From positions 32,001-96,000 of the forward strand of contig CBDAOY010000004.1 in NCBI GenBank assembly GCA_965198225.1: DNA of 64,000 bases, in the 5' to 3' direction. Shown in pieces: positions 60,424-64,000 of the stretch. Positions within the stretch are counted from its first letter, which is position 1, and each line of letters starts with the position of its first letter. The position numbers and the translations under genes were made by a program. The DNA is from Terriglobia bacterium (GTDB lineage: Bacteria; Acidobacteriota; Terriglobia; 20CM-2-55-15). The notes beneath the pieces were generated by a model. It was not told the DNA's origin. It saw nothing but the letters and a program-made list of their open reading frames with translations, and searched no databases.

Positions 60424-61458
60424 TCATGCGGCGCGGTAGTCGGCCTGGTAATCCGAGCCGCGTTTCCATACCGCCCATACCCGTCGTGCCAGCTTGTTGG
60501 CCAGAGCCACGGTGGCCTTGTTGTATCCGCGCTGTTGCTGAAGCCGCAGGCCCCACTGCTGGAGAGAGGATGGCGTGATCGTGGGTCGGTGCGCCGACCA
60601 CAGGACGGATCGCGCCCCGTGGATCAGCAGCATCCGCAGATAACAGTCGCCCCGCTTACTGATCCGGCCCAGCCTTCGCCTGTTGCCGCTGGAATGCTCC
60701 CGCGGTGTCAGTCCCAGATAGCTGGCAAAGTGACGGGAAGAGGGGAACCGTTCCACATTCCCCACAAAACCCACCATCGCTGTGGCGGTCAGTAATCCGA
60801 TGCCGGGAATCGAACGCAGACGTGCAACCGCCGGTGTCTGCTTCGCCAAGGCTTCCAGCTGCTTCTCGACCGAGCGGATACGGCCTTCCAGTTCCCGTAT
60901 CTCGGTGCACATCTCACTGAAGACAGCACGCAATGCGTCCGGGATCTCCAGGTCGGCATCTTCGATCAGTCCCATCACTCCCGGCACTAGATGCTGTGCC
61001 CCCACCGGGATGATGAAACCAAACTCTCGGAGCAGTCCCCGAACCGTGTTGATTCGTGCGGTCCGTGTCGCCATCCAGCCCGACCGAATCCGGTGCAGTG
61101 CAGTCAGCTGTTGCTGCGCCACCGTCTTGACCGGAACCGGCCGGATTTCGCTGTTGCGAATCGCCTCGAGCAACCCCTTCACATCCGTGCGGTCGGTCTT
61201 GTTCCGCTGCACGTAGGGCCGAACGTACTGGGGCGAGATCAGAATTACCTCGTGCCCCAGCTTGCCAATCTCCCGTGCCCAATAGTGCGACGAACCGCAG
61301 GCTTCCATCACCACTCTGGACGGCGGCTGATTGACGAAGCACTTCAGAAGCTTCGACCGACTCAATCGATACCTCTTCTCGACATGTCCGGGACGGCCTG
61401 AAATCCCAATCTCGAAAACATTCTTTGCCAGATCCACTGCAATCGTCCTATCCTTCAT
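60424..61458 (-). CDS. IS110/IS1111 transposase (recombinase)
   Basis: IAVDLAK, VVMEACG, NKTDRTD, GLTPREHSSG (Ser), ALANKLAR. Confidence 0.95.
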   Translation of the reverse strand: MKDRTIAVDLAKNVFEIGISGRPGHVEKRYRLSRSKLLKCFVNQPPSRVVMEACGSSHYWAREIGKLGHEVILISPQYVRPYVQRNKTDRTDVKGLLEAIRNSEIRPVPVKTVAQQQLTALHRIRSGWMATRTARINTVRGLLREFGFIIPVGAQHLVPGVMGLIEDADLEIPDALRAVFSEMCTEIRELEGRIRSVEKQLEALAKQTPAVARLRSIPGIGLLTATAMVGFVGNVERFPSSRHFASYLGLTPREHSSGNRRRLGRISKRGDCYLRMLLIHGARSVLWSAHRPTITPSSLQQWGLRLQQQRGYNKATVALANKLARRVWAVWKRGSDYQADYRAA

Positions 61459-61651
61459 CTCGGACTCCTTCCTGTTAACACGGTCACGTGTTTCGCCCGC
61501 ACCATGCGAGGCTCCTTTGACTTTGGCACTTTCATGCCGACTAAGTCACAAGGAGGAGTCCATCTCATCACTGACAGTGCCCACAAAACTGCTTGCTACC
61601 TTGAATACGCACATGGGAGAGTATGCGAAACGGGTTTACTCCTAAGGAACC

Positions 61652-63103
61652 GTGCAACACTCCCCCATCATGGTAGCTGTCGTAATCAGTGTCAGTCTCG
61701 CGGCACTCTGTGTGCCAGTCCACGCGCAGGATGACCAGGCATTAGCCGCCATGCGCACCCGAGCCGAGACGGGCGCCGCAGCCGCGCAGTTCAACCTCGG
61801 GAGTATGTACGCCAACGGGGAAGGCGTTCCACAAGATGCCGCCGAAGCCGTCCGCTGGTACCGCCAAGCCGCCGAACAGGGCCACGCGGAAGCGCAGTCT
61901 GCTCTTGGCGAAATGTACTCCTTCGGGCGGGGCGTCCCACAGGATGCCGCCGAAGCCGTCCGTTGGTACCGCCAAGCCGCCGAACAGGGCCACGCGGAAG
62001 CGCAGTCTAACCTCGGGACCATGTACGCCACCGGGCGGGGCGTCCCACAAGATGCCGCCGAAGCCATCCGCAGGTTCCGCCAAGCCGCCGAGCAAGGCCA
62101 CGTGCCCGCGCAGTTCAACCTCGGGACCATGTACGCCACCGGGCGGGGCGTCCCACAGGATGCCGCCGAAGCCGCCCGTTGGTTCCGCCAAGCCGCCGAA
62201 CAGGGCCACGCGGAAGCGCAGTTCAAGCTCGGGTTCATGTACGATTTCGGGCGGGGCGTCCCGCAGGATGCCGCCGAAGCCGTTCGCTGGTACCGCCAAG
62301 CCGCCGAACAGGGCCACGCGGCAGAAGCGCGTAAATGGACCGTAGAGGAAGCTCAGTTCAACCTCGGGAGTATGTACGCCAGCGGAGAGGGCGTCCCACA
62401 GGATGCCGCCGAAGCCGTTCGCTGGTACCGCCAAGCCGCCGAACGCGGCTACGCCCGCGCACAGCTTAACCTCGGGAACATGTACTCCTACGCGGAGGGC
62501 GTCCCACGGGACAACGTCGTGGCGTACATGTGGCTCACTCTCGCGGCCTCACGGCTGACCGGAGAGGATCGCGCGCAGGCGGTGCAATCCCGCACCCGCG
62601 TGGCCGCTCAGATGACGCCCGCCGCCCTCAGCGAGGCGCAACGGCTGGCACAGGACTGGCAGCCAGATGTCGCAGCACTTGTGGCCGCGGTCCATGTGCA
62701 AGTCGATTGTGCGGACTGGGACACATTTGGTTTCTTTAGGGCCGGCAAGATTTCCGACGTGATGCGGTGTTTGCAGACGGGTGCCGACCCGAATGCGCGG
62801 GACGAAGAGGGCTGGCCGGCCCTGCATCTGGCGGCGAGTGTCAACGCCGATCCCGGCGTGATCGTGGCCTTGCTCAATGCCGGAGCCGACCTGCACGCGC
62901 GGGAGCCGGAGGGCGGGACGCCCCTGCATGGGGCGGCGCGTTACAACGCCAATCCCGGCGTGATCGTGCCCCTGCTCGACGCCGGAGCCGACCCGAAGGC
63001 GCGGGTCGCTACCGGGGAGACGCCTTGGGATTTGGCGCAAGAGAACGACTCCCTGGAGGGAACCGATGCGTTGCAGCAGCTGAACGATGGGCGTTTTCAA
63101 TGA
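61652..63103 (+). CDS. Exported Sel1-like repeat (7x) + ankyrin fusion protein
   Basis: AQFNLG.MY..G.GVPQDAAEA..W.RQAAEQGH repeats; C-terminal CADW..RCLQTGADPNAR and PLH/ALH ankyrin repeats. Confidence 0.92.
   Translation: MQHSPIMVAVVISVSLAALCVPVHAQDDQALAAMRTRAETGAAAAQFNLGSMYANGEGVPQDAAEAVRWYRQAAEQGHAEAQSALGEMYSFGRGVPQDAAEAVRWYRQAAEQGHAEAQSNLGTMYATGRGVPQDAAEAIRRFRQAAEQGHVPAQFNLGTMYATGRGVPQDAAEAARWFRQAAEQGHAEAQFKLGFMYDFGRGVPQDAAEAVRWYRQAAEQGHAAEARKWTVEEAQFNLGSMYASGEGVPQDAAEAVRWYRQAAERGYARAQLNLGNMYSYAEGVPRDNVVAYMWLTLAASRLTGEDRAQAVQSRTRVAAQMTPAALSEAQRLAQDWQPDVAALVAAVHVQVDCADWDTFGFFRAGKISDVMRCLQTGADPNARDEEGWPALHLAASVNADPGVIVALLNAGADLHAREPEGGTPLHGAARYNANPGVIVPLLDAGADPKARVATGETPWDLAQENDSLEGTDALQQLNDGRFQ
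61778..62547 (+). repeat. 108-bp coding tandem repeats (Sel1)
   Basis: Near-identical GGCGTCCCACAGGATGCCGCCGAAGCC...CCGCCAAGCCGCCGAACAGGGCCACG units. Confidence 0.9.
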
Positions 63104-63136
63104 CGCACAAACCGCCAGCCAGCTTGAATGCAGGAA

Positions 63137-63495
63137 ATCCCGGTAGGAGGTGAGGTGTCCCTCACCCCCTCCGGACAGAACGGCTCGTACCGGCCAGGTA
63201 AGCCGCTCCTCGATCAGCGAGCAAACTCCAGTTTGAGATTCCGTTGAGTGTAGTCGTGTTGAAAGACGAGTCCCCGGCGGCGAAACCACTCCTGACTCAG
63301 AACGAAACAGACCTCCTGTCGCATGACAGATTGCCACGCTTTCATCCGTGCCCAGGCGCGCCGGGCGTGATACACCGGAGCACCGGCGCGAATCATCATC
63401 CGTTGAAACTTCGCCGGCTTCTTCCACTTCTTCAATTGCATGGAACGTAGCCGACCACGGACGCACTCATCCAGCTCGCGGAACACCTTGTGGAA
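63137..63495 (-). mobile_element. Group II intron 3' remnant (maturase C-terminus + DV/DVI), class C-like
   Basis: ELDECVRGRLRSMQLKKWKK..GL; DV GAGCGGCTTACC..GGTACGAGCCGTTC; DVI with bulged A ending ACCGGGAT. Confidence 0.8.
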
Positions 63496-63503
63496 TTCCT
63501 GAA

Positions 63504-63701
63504 AAGGTCGTGGCTTTATTGCTCGCCGTCCTGGGGGTGACCAAGACCCACTCCCGGCCGCATGTTTCCGATGACAACCCGTTTTCCGAGGCCCAGTTCA
63601 AAACGCTGAAGTACCGGCCGGGTTTCCCCGAACGTTTCGGCTGTATCCAGGATGCCAAGGCGTTCTGCCGCGACTTCTTCGGCTGGTACAACAACGTTCA
63701 C
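63504..63701 (+). pseudogene. IS3-family transposase internal fragment
   Basis: LGVTKTHSRPHVSDDNPFSEAQFKTLKYRP.FP..F..WYN..H. Confidence 0.85.
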
Positions 63702-63722
63702 GGGGTCGAGTCCGGCAGGGGG

Positions 63723-63831
63723 GTAGAGTCGACGACTGGCGCGGTGGCGGTAGGCAAAGGGGGTAGCTGTTGCCGGTGGCTTTCGCCGATTCCGGTGCCT
63801 CACTCCTCGCCGTGGCTTCGTTTCCAGTCGC
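63723..63831 (-). mobile_element. Domain VI/3' end of a second group II intron
   Basis: GCGACTGGAAACG...CCGCGCCAGTCGTCGACTCTAC. Confidence 0.7.
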
Positions 63832-64000
63832 ACCGGGTGGCCGGAGGCAGTTGCCCGCCTCCGGCTCCCACAGAACGCAGCGTGCGGATTTCCCGCACTG
63901 CGCTCTTCAGAATTGGATTTACAGCACAGCGAGAGACTGGAACTCCCGATAGCGGAGAGCCAACTTGGGACGCTGTAACGGAAAGTGCAGCTGAATCCGG
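63832..64000 (-). mobile_element. 3' end of a third group II intron (IEP stop 63919-63921, DV, DVI), continuing beyond window
   Basis: HFPLQRPKL..*; DV GAGCGCAGTGCGGGAAATCCGCACGCTGCGTTC; DVI ending CACCCGGT. Confidence 0.85.

Larger units (their letters stand above)
60125..61570 (-). mobile_element. IS110-family, IS1111-group element, apparently intact
   Basis: Subterminal inverted repeats TGGACTCCT (60130-60138) / AGGAGTCCA (61554-61562); outward TTGACA at 60140-60145; long downstream non-coding end. Confidence 0.85.

Noticed and set aside
61778-63495. Diversity-generating retroelement acting on Sel1 repeats
   Set aside because: The RT pieces are group II intron tails with DV/DVI; no TR/VR pair with adenine-specific differences was seen

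Overview
GC-rich, highly mosaic accessory region. The gene content (DUF1592/DUF1552/ankyrin operons, VPS10/BNR-repeat hydrolases, Oar-like TonB receptor, TolB-propeller Ser/Thr kinases, Sel1-ankyrin protein) suggests an Acidobacteriota-like, possibly host-associated genome; this is inference. Main structures: (1) 1-3277, three direct copies of a ~70-bp non-coding element alternating with single cargo genes (a membrane-anchored TIR protein, a VKOR-thioredoxin), ending at the 3' remnant of an ISCR/IS91-type rolling-circle transposase. The repeat looks like that element's oriIS end and contains a dif-like XerD arm. This is the best candidate for an undescribed cassette system. (2) 27.9-41.3 kb, a decaying tandem array of at least 5 paralogous receptor-like kinases, four of them preceded by the same upstream element. 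(3) Two inverted paralogous DUF1592-DUF1552-ankyrin operons. (4) Many mobile elements or remnants: integrase+IS91, IS110 inside IS3 twice, an intact IS1111-group element with its non-coding guide region, IS1380, Tn3, and three group II intron 3' ends including one nested insertion. No rRNA, tRNA or CRISPR array was seen. Several single-base frameshifts and short duplications may be sequencing or assembly errors. All family assignments are by motif recognition, not database search.
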